A DNA stretch of 64,000 nt from the NCBI GenBank assembly GCA_045636025.1, contig JAZTWP010000051.1, forward strand, positions 5,957 through 69,956. Direction: 5' to 3'. The stretch is from Acutalibacteraceae bacterium. GTDB taxonomy: Bacteria > Bacillota > Clostridia > Oscillospirales > Acutalibacteraceae. The translations under genes were made by a program, and so were the position numbers. Positions 44,038 to 52,035 of this stretch are shown here, piece by piece (the first letter of the stretch is position 1; the number at the start of each line of letters is the position of its first letter). The notes beneath the pieces were generated by a model. That model saw only the letters and a program-made list of their open reading frames with translations, searched no databases and had not been told where the DNA came from.

Positions 44038-47000
44038 ATGAAACAAAAAAGTGTAAGTTCTGTCAAAAGAATAATTTCGCTGGTGCTGGGAGTCATAATG
44101 CTCTTTGCGGTTATGACAACTCAGGTATCGGCTCAGGATAAAGGAAACGAAGAAATGACCTTTGCCGTGGTGTCGGGAATATCTTATGTTTCTGCAGAAA
44201 ACAGAGGCGGTTACAATGATGCATTCCTGCTTGATGCAAAGTCAAACGGCTATCAGTATGAGCAGATAGATTCAATTCTTGCAAGTGCTTTTGATTCACT
44301 TAAAACAAGAGTTGAAAAAGATAATCTCAAATATATTATCGTCAACGGTCCTCTTACTTACAGCGGTGAGTACAGCAACCACGCTGCTGTTGCAGAGATG
44401 CTTAAAAAGCTTGAGGCAGACACAGGTGTTAATGTTCTTGTCAATTTTGCCGCAACAGATGTAAACAGCGCATCAGCTTCATCTTTTGCAACGGGAAAAA
44501 GAACTTATGTCGCTCCCGCAACACCTACTCAGATAAAAACTCTTTATGCAGATCTCGGTTATGATCTTGCAGACAGTGTTTATAACAAATATGACCAGAG
44601 CACAGCAGGTCTTTCCTATGCAGCAGACCTTGACGGCGGTTACAGACTTATTGTGATTGATGCTTCTCATTATGAGTATGAAAACGGATACACAAGCGTA
44701 ACCGGTGAGATTTCATCAAATCTTGAAAAATGGATAAAGAGCGAATGCACTTATGCTCAGTATTCAGGTTACACACCCATTGCCGTGTGTGCATGGAGCA
44801 TTGCGGGAAGCAGTATTCTCGACAACAGCGGATATCTTACAAATGCAGATGCTTTTGCAAATACTCTTGCTGATTCAGGCATTCATTACATCTTCACTTC
44901 AGGCGGAAATAAGAATGACATTTCTGCAGTTGTTTCAGACAACGGCAATGTGATTTATGATGTTCAGAGTTCATCAATAGTTTCTTTCCCCAACACATAC
45001 AGAGTATGCACTTTCAACGGTGAAAAGGCTTCTTTTGAAATGGTGGATGCTGACGAAACAATGAATATCGTTTCACGAAGCGGCAAGGAATATGCAAGAC
45101 CTTACAGAGAAACATCTTCTCTTAAAATTCAGTATGCTGATTATGATATTGCAAAATATTTTTCAGATATCGTGAAGAATTATATTTCAAGCATTCTTAT
45201 TCCCGGTGTTAAAGCAAACGGTACTCTTGAAGGCTTTGCTCAGAGTCAGTACGGTGTTTCACTCACAGATTATATCAATGATATTATCGGCGGCGGTCTT
45301 AACATAATGAATACAATCATTATTTTTGATGCCACCAACATTATGAATATGCTTGAAGATGTTTTCCAGCAGGCACAGTCTTCTTTCCTTCAGGATGAAA
45401 ACAAACTTGCAAATCTCTGCTACACAAGATTCAAAACACTTTTTGATGCAGAAATTTCATCTGAAGAATGCACCGCATTTACGGACACCTACGGTTTCGG
45501 AAGTGCTGAACACGGCGGAACTGTTGCAGACCTTTTCCTCTCACTTGTTGTTTATTCCAAATACGGCAATGAAGATTCAACATCAGACAGATTCATAAAT
45601 GATGTTGCAGATAATTTCAGATCAGGTGATCTGTTTGAATTCTTTGCTGATATGACGGGTGAAGTTATCATCAGAGACCTTCTCTTCAATGATATCCTTT
45701 CTCAGATAGAAATGAAGCCTCAGTACCTTATCTTCCTTGATGATACTCAGGATTCACTCGGTTATTATCTCCAGATTGCGTTCAAGGCATATATTGCATT
45801 GCACGGTGAAAGTTCAAGTATCACAGGTGCCGTGAAGAGTATTCTCAAGGACGGTTTCTTTGATGAATACGGCAAGACAATTGATGATGTTATTGACAAA
45901 CTCATTGGTGAATATTACTCAGAAGATGATTGCCAGCTCATTGGCGGACAGATTGCAGATATTCTTGAAACATATTTTGCAGATGAAAATCCCGTTGTAA
46001 AAGGCGACTATGATATAGAATATGACGGCAATGCAAGTGCTGTTTCTTTTGCAACAAAAGAGAATTTCAGAATGCCCACAATGATTACAATCACCCTCGG
46101 TAACGATGTGACATCAGAGGCATATGTAACCTGGTATACAAAATCAACAGTAACAGGCACAGATATTGAAATTTATAACGATAAAAACAGTACATTCTAC
46201 GGCAAACACTTTATCGGTGTTGACGGAGTAAAAACTGTTATTGCCACAAGGGATACAGACAGAACTTCTGTTGCTCTTGACCTTGGTTTTGTTTCATTCG
46301 GTGAACAGACAGCTTCTTACAAACAGCATATTATGAAGATTACGGGTCTTGAAGCAGGCTGTACTTACTTCTTCAGAGTTGGTGACGGTACAAAGGGTTG
46401 GTGGAGTGAAACTCTTTCAGTCACAACTGCGGAAGACAGCGAATCAGTCACATTTATGCACGTTTCAGACACAACGGGCAACACAATGTCTGATTTTGAA
46501 CTCTTCGGAAATATTCTCGGTTGTGCCGAGTATATTTATCCCGATAATGACTTTGTTCTCCACACAGGCAACTATGTTGAGAACAATGACGATATAAAAC
46601 AGTGGCAGAGAATGCTTGACGGCATTCAGGACAAGATTCTTTCTTCTTATATTGTTCCCGTTGCCGGCAGTAACGATACTGTTGAGTCAATTTCTCAGAA
46701 TTTCGCTGTTGGTGCACTTCTGAGTGAAGTTGAAAGAACCGGTGTGTATTATTCGTTTGATTATAACTTTATTCACGTTGCGGTGCTTGACTCAAACTGT
46801 GTGAATGCAGACGGTACACTCAAGGAAGAGCAGGTTGAATGGTTCAAAAAGGATATGGGTGCAACAACTGCAAGATGGAAGTTTGTTGCAATTCACGATC
46901 CCGTTTACACAAATAGCGCATTTGTTCATTCAGATAATTATGAATCTTATATGAATCAGGTCACAGACCTTATGGAGCAGTATGATGTGGATGTTCTTTT

Positions 47001-47544
47001 CAGCGGCAGTGAAGGTGTGTATTACAGAACTGACAGTATGAAAAACAACGAAGTTACCGATTCTCCCAAGGTTGCATTTCCTCATCAGCTCAATTCAGGC
47101 ACTTATTATAAGACAATTGCAACTCCTCAGGGTACTGTTTATTCATCAGTAGGTTCATCAGGCGCACTTGCTGAAGAAAAACATCAGATTTACAACACAA
47201 ACGGCATTTTCCCCTCATCAGGTCAGAATGTGAACCCTGACGACCCGATGTTTACTGCTGTTGAAATTCTCGGTGATACACTTTACCTTACAACTTATAC
47301 TGTAAAGGGCAACAGAGCAACAAAGGTTGACAGCGTTTCAATCAAGAAGACTGCAACCGATATGGGTGACGTTGACTTTGACGGAAAAGTTACTGCTATT
47401 GATGCCCGTCTTATTCTCCGAAGCTCTGCTCTGCTTCAGATTCTCACAAAGGCTCAGCTTGCAGTTGCAGACCTTGACGGTGACGGCAAAGTTACTGCAA
47501 TGGATGCACGTAAAGCTCTGCGAATTGCTGCAGGTCTTGAATAA
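44038..47544 (+). CDS. Large secreted protein with a PAP-like metallophosphoesterase module (possibly a second at the N-terminus) and a C-terminal dockerin
   Basis: Trimmed to the ATG at 44038 (AGGAGG RBS). The signal peptide ends VSAQD. A purple-acid-phosphatase-like N-domain (VTWYT...YFFRVGDG) is followed by calcineurin-like motifs (FMHVSDTTGN, HTGNYVEN, FVAIHDPVY). The dockerin is GDVDFDGKVTAIDARLIL...ADLDGDGKVTAMDARKAL. Confidence 0.75.
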   Translation: MKQKSVSSVKRIISLVLGVIMLFAVMTTQVSAQDKGNEEMTFAVVSGISYVSAENRGGYNDAFLLDAKSNGYQYEQIDSILASAFDSLKTRVEKDNLKYIIVNGPLTYSGEYSNHAAVAEMLKKLEADTGVNVLVNFAATDVNSASASSFATGKRTYVAPATPTQIKTLYADLGYDLADSVYNKYDQSTAGLSYAADLDGGYRLIVIDASHYEYENGYTSVTGEISSNLEKWIKSECTYAQYSGYTPIAVCAWSIAGSSILDNSGYLTNADAFANTLADSGIHYIFTSGGNKNDISAVVSDNGNVIYDVQSSSIVSFPNTYRVCTFNGEKASFEMVDADETMNIVSRSGKEYARPYRETSSLKIQYADYDIAKYFSDIVKNYISSILIPGVKANGTLEGFAQSQYGVSLTDYINDIIGGGLNIMNTIIIFDATNIMNMLEDVFQQAQSSFLQDENKLANLCYTRFKTLFDAEISSEECTAFTDTYGFGSAEHGGTVADLFLSLVVYSKYGNEDSTSDRFINDVADNFRSGDLFEFFADMTGEVIIRDLLFNDILSQIEMKPQYLIFLDDTQDSLGYYLQIAFKAYIALHGESSSITGAVKSILKDGFFDEYGKTIDDVIDKLIGEYYSEDDCQLIGGQIADILETYFADENPVVKGDYDIEYDGNASAVSFATKENFRMPTMITITLGNDVTSEAYVTWYTKSTVTGTDIEIYNDKNSTFYGKHFIGVDGVKTVIATRDTDRTSVALDLGFVSFGEQTASYKQHIMKITGLEAGCTYFFRVGDGTKGWWSETLSVTTAEDSESVTFMHVSDTTGNTMSDFELFGNILGCAEYIYPDNDFVLHTGNYVENNDDIKQWQRMLDGIQDKILSSYIVPVAGSNDTVESISQNFAVGALLSEVERTGVYYSFDYNFIHVAVLDSNCVNADGTLKEEQVEWFKKDMGATTARWKFVAIHDPVYTNSAFVHSDNYESYMNQVTDLMEQYDVDVLFSGSEGVYYRTDSMKNNEVTDSPKVAFPHQLNSGTYYKTIATPQGTVYSSVGSSGALAEEKHQIYNTNGIFPSSGQNVNPDDPMFTAVEILGDTLYLTTYTVKGNRATKVDSVSIKKTATDMGDVDFDGKVTAIDARLILRSSALLQILTKAQLAVADLDGDGKVTAMDARKALRIAAGLE

Positions 47545-47552
47545 ATTTATTG

Positions 47553-47581
47553 TTGACAAAGCGGTCAACTATAAATATAAT
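47553..47581 (+). promoter_or_regulatory. Consensus sigma-A promoter
   Basis: TTGACA (47553-47558), a 17-nt spacer, then TATAAT (47576-47581). Confidence 0.6.
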
Positions 47582-47618
47582 ATAATTACTAAAATTTGCA
47601 AAATGAAAGGTGATTAAA

Positions 47619-49220
47619 ATGAAGAAAGCCTTTATAAAAGTTCTTTCTGTTGTTCTTTGCGTAATGCTTGTTTCAGGCATTGCAGCACCTGCAGCTTATG
47701 CAGCTTATGACCCTTCAGTTTCAGTAAACGAAGAAGTCAGCGGCTTCAATAAGTTCCTTTACAATGCTCTTGACGTTGTTATTGACAATGTTCTCAGAGT
47801 TATCAACAGCTTTATTCCCAACCCTCCCTCATGGGTTGACAAGGCTGACTATGTTTCAGAAGGTATGATGACAGGAACAGAAGAATTCCTTGCAGAACCT
47901 GCTGAAGATGCAGTATGGTCAATGGGTTATGCAAACGCATCAATCCTCACAGGCAATGAAATGGACGGCAAACACTTTGTTGGCGGTCAGCTCTCAGTCA
48001 GCGACAAGACTGTTTCAGAAATTTATGACGATCTTCTTGTAAGAACTGTTGTTATGAGCGACAATTCAGGCAGAGGCAACGTTGCTTTTGTTGTTGTTGA
48101 TGCTTACGGTCTTTCAAGCACAGTTGTAAGAGATATCCGTGCAGCTATGGCAGATTTCTGCGCAGCTAACGATATCGTAAGCCTTAATGTTTCTGTTCTT
48201 CATCAGCACAGTGCTGTTGATACACTCGGTATGAACGGCAGCATTCTCAAGGCTCTCGGCAACGCAGGCAAGGCTGATCCCGTTAACGGCATCAATGATG
48301 AATATATGGCAAACCTCTATGCTAAGATTGAAGAAACACTCACAACAGCTGTTGATTCAATGTCAGAGGGTACTCTCTATCACGGCAGTGCAGATTTCTC
48401 AGAATTCGTAACAGACAAGCGTGATCCTCAGGTTCTTGATGCTGAGTTTGATCGTTTCCGTTTTGTTCCCGCTGACGGCAGCAGAGAACTCTGGTTCACA
48501 ACAAGTGCTATTCATTGCGTAGGCGCAGGCGCAGGCCCCACAGAGGTTACAGGCGACTATCCCTACTATATGGAACAGTATATCAACGAAACATACGATG
48601 CTGACTTTATGATGGTTCTCGGTGCAGAACTTGGTACAGGTCAGGATAAGGATACTCTCGGTCTTCCCGAAGATGCAACAACAGTTGAATCACTTGATGC
48701 ATTCGGTAAAGCTCTTGCTGACAGATTTGCTTCAATCGACAACGAAACAGAAGTTGCTCCCATCCTTAACATCGCTCACAAAGAAACATTCTACACAATT
48801 TCTAACCAGATTCTTGTTTTTGCAGGTAAGATGGGTCTTATCACAAACAGAGTTGTTAAAGACGGCAGCAATTATCAGGTAGTTTCAGAAATCGGTTATA
48901 TGGAACTCGGTACAGAAGACGTTGTTGTTATCGTTCCCGGTGAAATTGCAGCAGAACTTGTTTACGGCGGTTTCCTTGGTGCTGATAAGTCATGGACAGG
49001 CACAGAATGGGAATTCGGTTCAGTTGCTGATATGGTAGGCGATAAGAACATTATCGTATTCGGCATTATGAATGACCAGATCGGTTATATCATCCCCGCA
49101 AACGACTATATGGCACTCCTTGAGCCTTCAAACAAGAGCCTTGAACTTGTTGCAACAGGCAACCTCACAGCAGAAGCTATGATCAAGGACTTTGATGAAC
49201 TCATCAAAAGTGTAAAGTAA
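47619..49220 (+). CDS. Secreted hypothetical hydrolase (distant neutral-ceramidase-like pattern, tentative)
   Basis: Trimmed to the ATG at 47619. The signal peptide ends AAYAAYD. WSMGYA...VVVDAYGL...VLHQHSAVDTLG loosely resembles the N-terminal metal-site region of neutral/alkaline ceramidases. Confidence 0.35.
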   Translation: MKKAFIKVLSVVLCVMLVSGIAAPAAYAAYDPSVSVNEEVSGFNKFLYNALDVVIDNVLRVINSFIPNPPSWVDKADYVSEGMMTGTEEFLAEPAEDAVWSMGYANASILTGNEMDGKHFVGGQLSVSDKTVSEIYDDLLVRTVVMSDNSGRGNVAFVVVDAYGLSSTVVRDIRAAMADFCAANDIVSLNVSVLHQHSAVDTLGMNGSILKALGNAGKADPVNGINDEYMANLYAKIEETLTTAVDSMSEGTLYHGSADFSEFVTDKRDPQVLDAEFDRFRFVPADGSRELWFTTSAIHCVGAGAGPTEVTGDYPYYMEQYINETYDADFMMVLGAELGTGQDKDTLGLPEDATTVESLDAFGKALADRFASIDNETEVAPILNIAHKETFYTISNQILVFAGKMGLITNRVVKDGSNYQVVSEIGYMELGTEDVVVIVPGEIAAELVYGGFLGADKSWTGTEWEFGSVADMVGDKNIIVFGIMNDQIGYIIPANDYMALLEPSNKSLELVATGNLTAEAMIKDFDELIKSVK

Positions 49221-49232
49221 AACAATAAATTT

Positions 49233-49262
49233 AAGCACCTTCTTCGGAAGGTGCTTTTTTTT
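49233..49262 (+). terminator. Intrinsic terminator
   Basis: Stem aagcaccttc / gaaggtgctt with a ttcg loop, followed by tttttttt. Confidence 0.8.
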
Positions 49263-49573
49263 GCGATTAATGCACAATTCACAATGCATAATTTACAATT
49301 TATAGTCAATTGGTTTGTGCAGACTTGCAGGGAACGCTGCCCACATCGTTCCGCAAAGTTTGATGGAACTAAAGGTGTGGTGTAGGGCGGGTTGCCCGGT
49401 GCCCACCGATTTGCTGAAGGCAAACCGCCATACGCAATTTGTTTTTCCTCAGACGGAGCGATGCTCCATATATAGAGCAAAGCGGAATAAGTGCGACAGC
49501 ACTTCGACACTTCTAACTCCTGACCTCTAACTTTCCCCGTTCCCTTACAATCTATTCAGATTAACGCCTCTAC
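49263..49573. repeat. Large composite intergenic repeat region (TGCATT arm, GTAG-headed GC hairpins, a block shared with 4753-4796)
   Basis: The arm ttaatgcacaattcacaatgcataatttacaatt lies at 49267-49300. GTAGGGCGGGTTGCCCGG starts at 49382. gcaaaccgccatacgcaatttgtttttcctcagacggagcgatg at 49420-49463 is about 90 percent identical to 4753-4796. The hairpin ggagc-gat-gctcc is present. CTAC occurs at 49570-49573. Confidence 0.7.
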
Positions 49574-49615
49574 AAGCTTTATTTTAATTTCTGCGAATAT
49601 CCTGATTATTCTTTT

Positions 49616-49650
49616 TGCAAAAAGAAAAGCCGTGCATTGCGCACGGCTTT
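49616..49650 (-). terminator. Intrinsic terminator after putP
   Basis: Stem gccgtgc / gcacggc, followed on the minus strand by ttttcttttt. Confidence 0.7.
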
Positions 49651-49671
49651 GAATGTTTATTAAGAGTTTTA

Positions 49672-51168
49672 TTATTCTTCGATTTCCTTTGCTGTTGCCT
49701 TTTCGAAGATAGCTGTAACTTCTGCTGAAGGAGCTTTGTCGATAAGTGAAACAATAACTGCAAGAACGAGACATACGATGAAACCGGGAAGAAGTTCGTA
49801 AACACCTGTCTTTTCTGCTGCTGAAAGACCGAGAGCAATCCATACGATAACTGTTGTGCCGCCGCCGATGATACCTGCGATTGCACCTTTGTATGTAAAG
49901 CGCTTCCAGAAGAGTGAGAGAATGATTACGGGACCGAATGCTGCACCGAAGCCTGCCCAAGCGTTTTCAACAAGACCCATAATGCTGCCTGCGTTGGGGT
50001 TGATTGCGATGAAGTAAGCAATAACTGCAAGTACGATAACAACGATTCTGCCTACCCAGAGGATTTCTTTTTCTGATGCATTCTTTCTTACAACGGGCTG
50101 ATAAATATCGCTTGTGAAAGAAGATGATGCAACAAGAAGCTGTGAGTCTGCTGTACTCATTGCTGCTGCAAGGATAGCTGAAAGAAGAATACCTGCAACG
50201 AATGCGGGGAAGAGTTCACGTACAAGCACAATGAAGATTGTTTCCTGAGTGCCTGCTGCGATGAGTTCGGGGTGAAGAACTCTGCCGAGGTATGCAATAA
50301 CGATTGCTGCACCGAGTGAAAGAATAACCCAGATAATAGCAACAGTTGCTGATTTCTTTATAAGGCTTGCCTTTTTGATTGACATAAATCTTACAAGGAT
50401 GTGAGGCATACCGAAGTAACCGAGACCCCATGCAAGACCTGAAACGATATCCTGCCAGCTTGATTCAAAGGGGTTTGTAACAAACTCGTTTGCTGTGCCG
50501 ATGAAACCTTCGTTGATTGCTGCAAAGTTTACATCCTTTGTCATAAGGATAACAACGGGAACAGTCATAATTGCAACGAGCATCATAAGACCCTGGAAGA
50601 AGTCTGTCCAGCAAACAGCCTTGAAACCGCCTGTGAATGTGTAAGCGATGATGATTGCTGCGAAGATAAGTGTTGCAACGCTCTGTTCAAGACCGGGGAT
50701 AACCATTGCGAAGAGTGTGCCGCCTGCCTTGAAGCTTGATGCAACGTAAACTGTGAAGAATACTGCAAAAACAACTGCGCAGATGATTCTGAGAATGGGA
50801 CTCTTGCTTGCGAATCTGTTTGAGAGATATTCGGGAATTGTGATTGCATCGTTTGCTGCTGCAGAAAAGCTTCTGAGTCTTTTTGCAACAAGGAGCCAGT
50901 TGAGGATTGTACCTGCTGCAAGACCGATACCGATCCACATTTTGCCGAAACCGAAAGCAAGGATGCTGCCGGGGAAGCCCATAAGGAGCCAGCCTGACAT
51001 ATCTGATGCCTGAGCACTCATTGCTGTAACGTAGGGACCCATGCTTCTGCCGCCGAGGAAGTAATCCTTAGCACCGCCGTTCCCCTTTTTGTCTTTGAAG
51101 AAGAAAATGAATCCGATACCAAGCATTAATAATAAGTATAATACAAATGCTAAAACTTCTAAATTCAT
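49672..51168 (-). CDS. putP: Sodium/proline symporter (SSS family)
   Basis: 498 aa. YFLGGRSMGPYVTAMSAQASDMSGWLLMGFPG matches the PutP N-terminal signature. About 13 TM segments are present. Confidence 0.88.
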   Translation of the reverse strand: MNLEVLAFVLYLLLMLGIGFIFFFKDKKGNGGAKDYFLGGRSMGPYVTAMSAQASDMSGWLLMGFPGSILAFGFGKMWIGIGLAAGTILNWLLVAKRLRSFSAAANDAITIPEYLSNRFASKSPILRIICAVVFAVFFTVYVASSFKAGGTLFAMVIPGLEQSVATLIFAAIIIAYTFTGGFKAVCWTDFFQGLMMLVAIMTVPVVILMTKDVNFAAINEGFIGTANEFVTNPFESSWQDIVSGLAWGLGYFGMPHILVRFMSIKKASLIKKSATVAIIWVILSLGAAIVIAYLGRVLHPELIAAGTQETIFIVLVRELFPAFVAGILLSAILAAAMSTADSQLLVASSSFTSDIYQPVVRKNASEKEILWVGRIVVIVLAVIAYFIAINPNAGSIMGLVENAWAGFGAAFGPVIILSLFWKRFTYKGAIAGIIGGGTTVIVWIALGLSAAEKTGVYELLPGFIVCLVLAVIVSLIDKAPSAEVTAIFEKATAKEIEE

Positions 51169-51251
51169 ATTATTTCATTCCTTTCTGAAAAGTGTTTTTT
51201 GACGAATACAAACGCAAGTATAACATAATCAAAACAAGAATGCAATACAGA

Positions 51252-51281
51252 ACGGAGTATAGACTAAAGTCTATACTCCGT
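51252..51281. promoter_or_regulatory. Perfect 13-bp inverted repeat between tetR and putP (candidate operator or terminator)
   Basis: acggagtatagac-taaa-gtctatactccgt lies 84-113 nt upstream of the putP ATG and 86 nt downstream of the TetR stop. Confidence 0.45.
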
Positions 51282-51366
51282 AAGGTTTAAGCTATAATAT
51301 TCAAGCAATTATGCGGTTTTATAGCAAGAATGCATTCTATACTAAAAATGATACGACATATATACT

Positions 51367-51951
51367 TTAATTTTTGACTCTTTGCATAAAAAACGGCATC
51401 ATTTTTAATGCAGAATCACTGAGAGAGTAGTCTCCGTTGCACAGACACCAGTCATAAATCATTGCTCTTTCGCAGAAAGCGTAATATTTTACGATTTCGT
51501 TTACAGACATCTGCTTTGTGATTTCATTTTTCTCCTGACCTGCAATTACAATTTTGCGGAGAAGTCTGTAATAGACTCTGTTGTGGTCAAGAAGCTGTTT
51601 TTCCGTTTTTGTGATGAGCTGAGTGGAGTAGAGCCTTTTCATCAGCTCAAGGTCAACGGTGTTTTCAACCATTTCAAAGAGTTTGCGGTTGAGAAAGAGA
51701 AGAATCTCAATGCTGTCAGTCTCAGGATTGATTTCACTTTCAAGCTCTTCATATTTTTCATCAAAAAGATGTGCAAGTGAGCCGAGAAGTGCATCCTTGC
51801 TCTCAAAATAGTGATAGAATGAGCCTTTTGAAGTGCCTGACTCAAAAATTATATCTTCAATTGTGGTGTTTTCGTAACCGTTGTCGTAAAAAAGCTTCCA
51901 TGCAGCGGAAACGATTTTACTTTTTGTGTTGCGAGTATTCTTCTTTGGCAT
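51367..51951 (-). CDS. TetR/AcrR family transcriptional regulator
   Basis: 194 aa. The N-terminal HTH is IVSAAWKLFYDNGYENTTIEDIIFESGTSKGSFYHYFESKDAL. Confidence 0.9.
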   Translation of the reverse strand: MPKKNTRNTKSKIVSAAWKLFYDNGYENTTIEDIIFESGTSKGSFYHYFESKDALLGSLAHLFDEKYEELESEINPETDSIEILLFLNRKLFEMVENTVDLELMKRLYSTQLITKTEKQLLDHNRVYYRLLRKIVIAGQEKNEITKQMSVNEIVKYYAFCERAMIYDWCLCNGDYSLSDSALKMMPFFMQRVKN

Positions 51952-51968
51952 AATACCACCTCGGTGAA

Positions 51969-51997
51969 ATTATATTACATTATAATATAAAAGTCAA
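51969..51997 (-). promoter_or_regulatory. Possible promoter for tetR
   Basis: On the minus strand: TTGACT (51997-51992), a 17-nt spacer, then TATAAT (51974-51969). The resulting leader is very short. Confidence 0.4.
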
Positions 51998-52028
51998 ATT
52001 AAAACGGAGGCTCACCTGAGTCTCCGTT
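51996..52028 (-). terminator. Intrinsic terminator after the LRR-dockerin gene
   Basis: Stem acggaggctca / tgagtctccgt (one mismatch), followed on the minus strand by ttttaattt. Confidence 0.65.
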
Positions 52029-52035
52029 TGTGCTG

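Noticed and set aside
49556-49960. Two minus-strand ORFs (134 aa and 100 aa) at the putP 3-prime end and in the repeat region
   Set aside because: They overlap the end of putP in other frames and extend into the terminator and repeat DNA. The Arg/Ser/Cys-rich translations are typical of out-of-frame reading.
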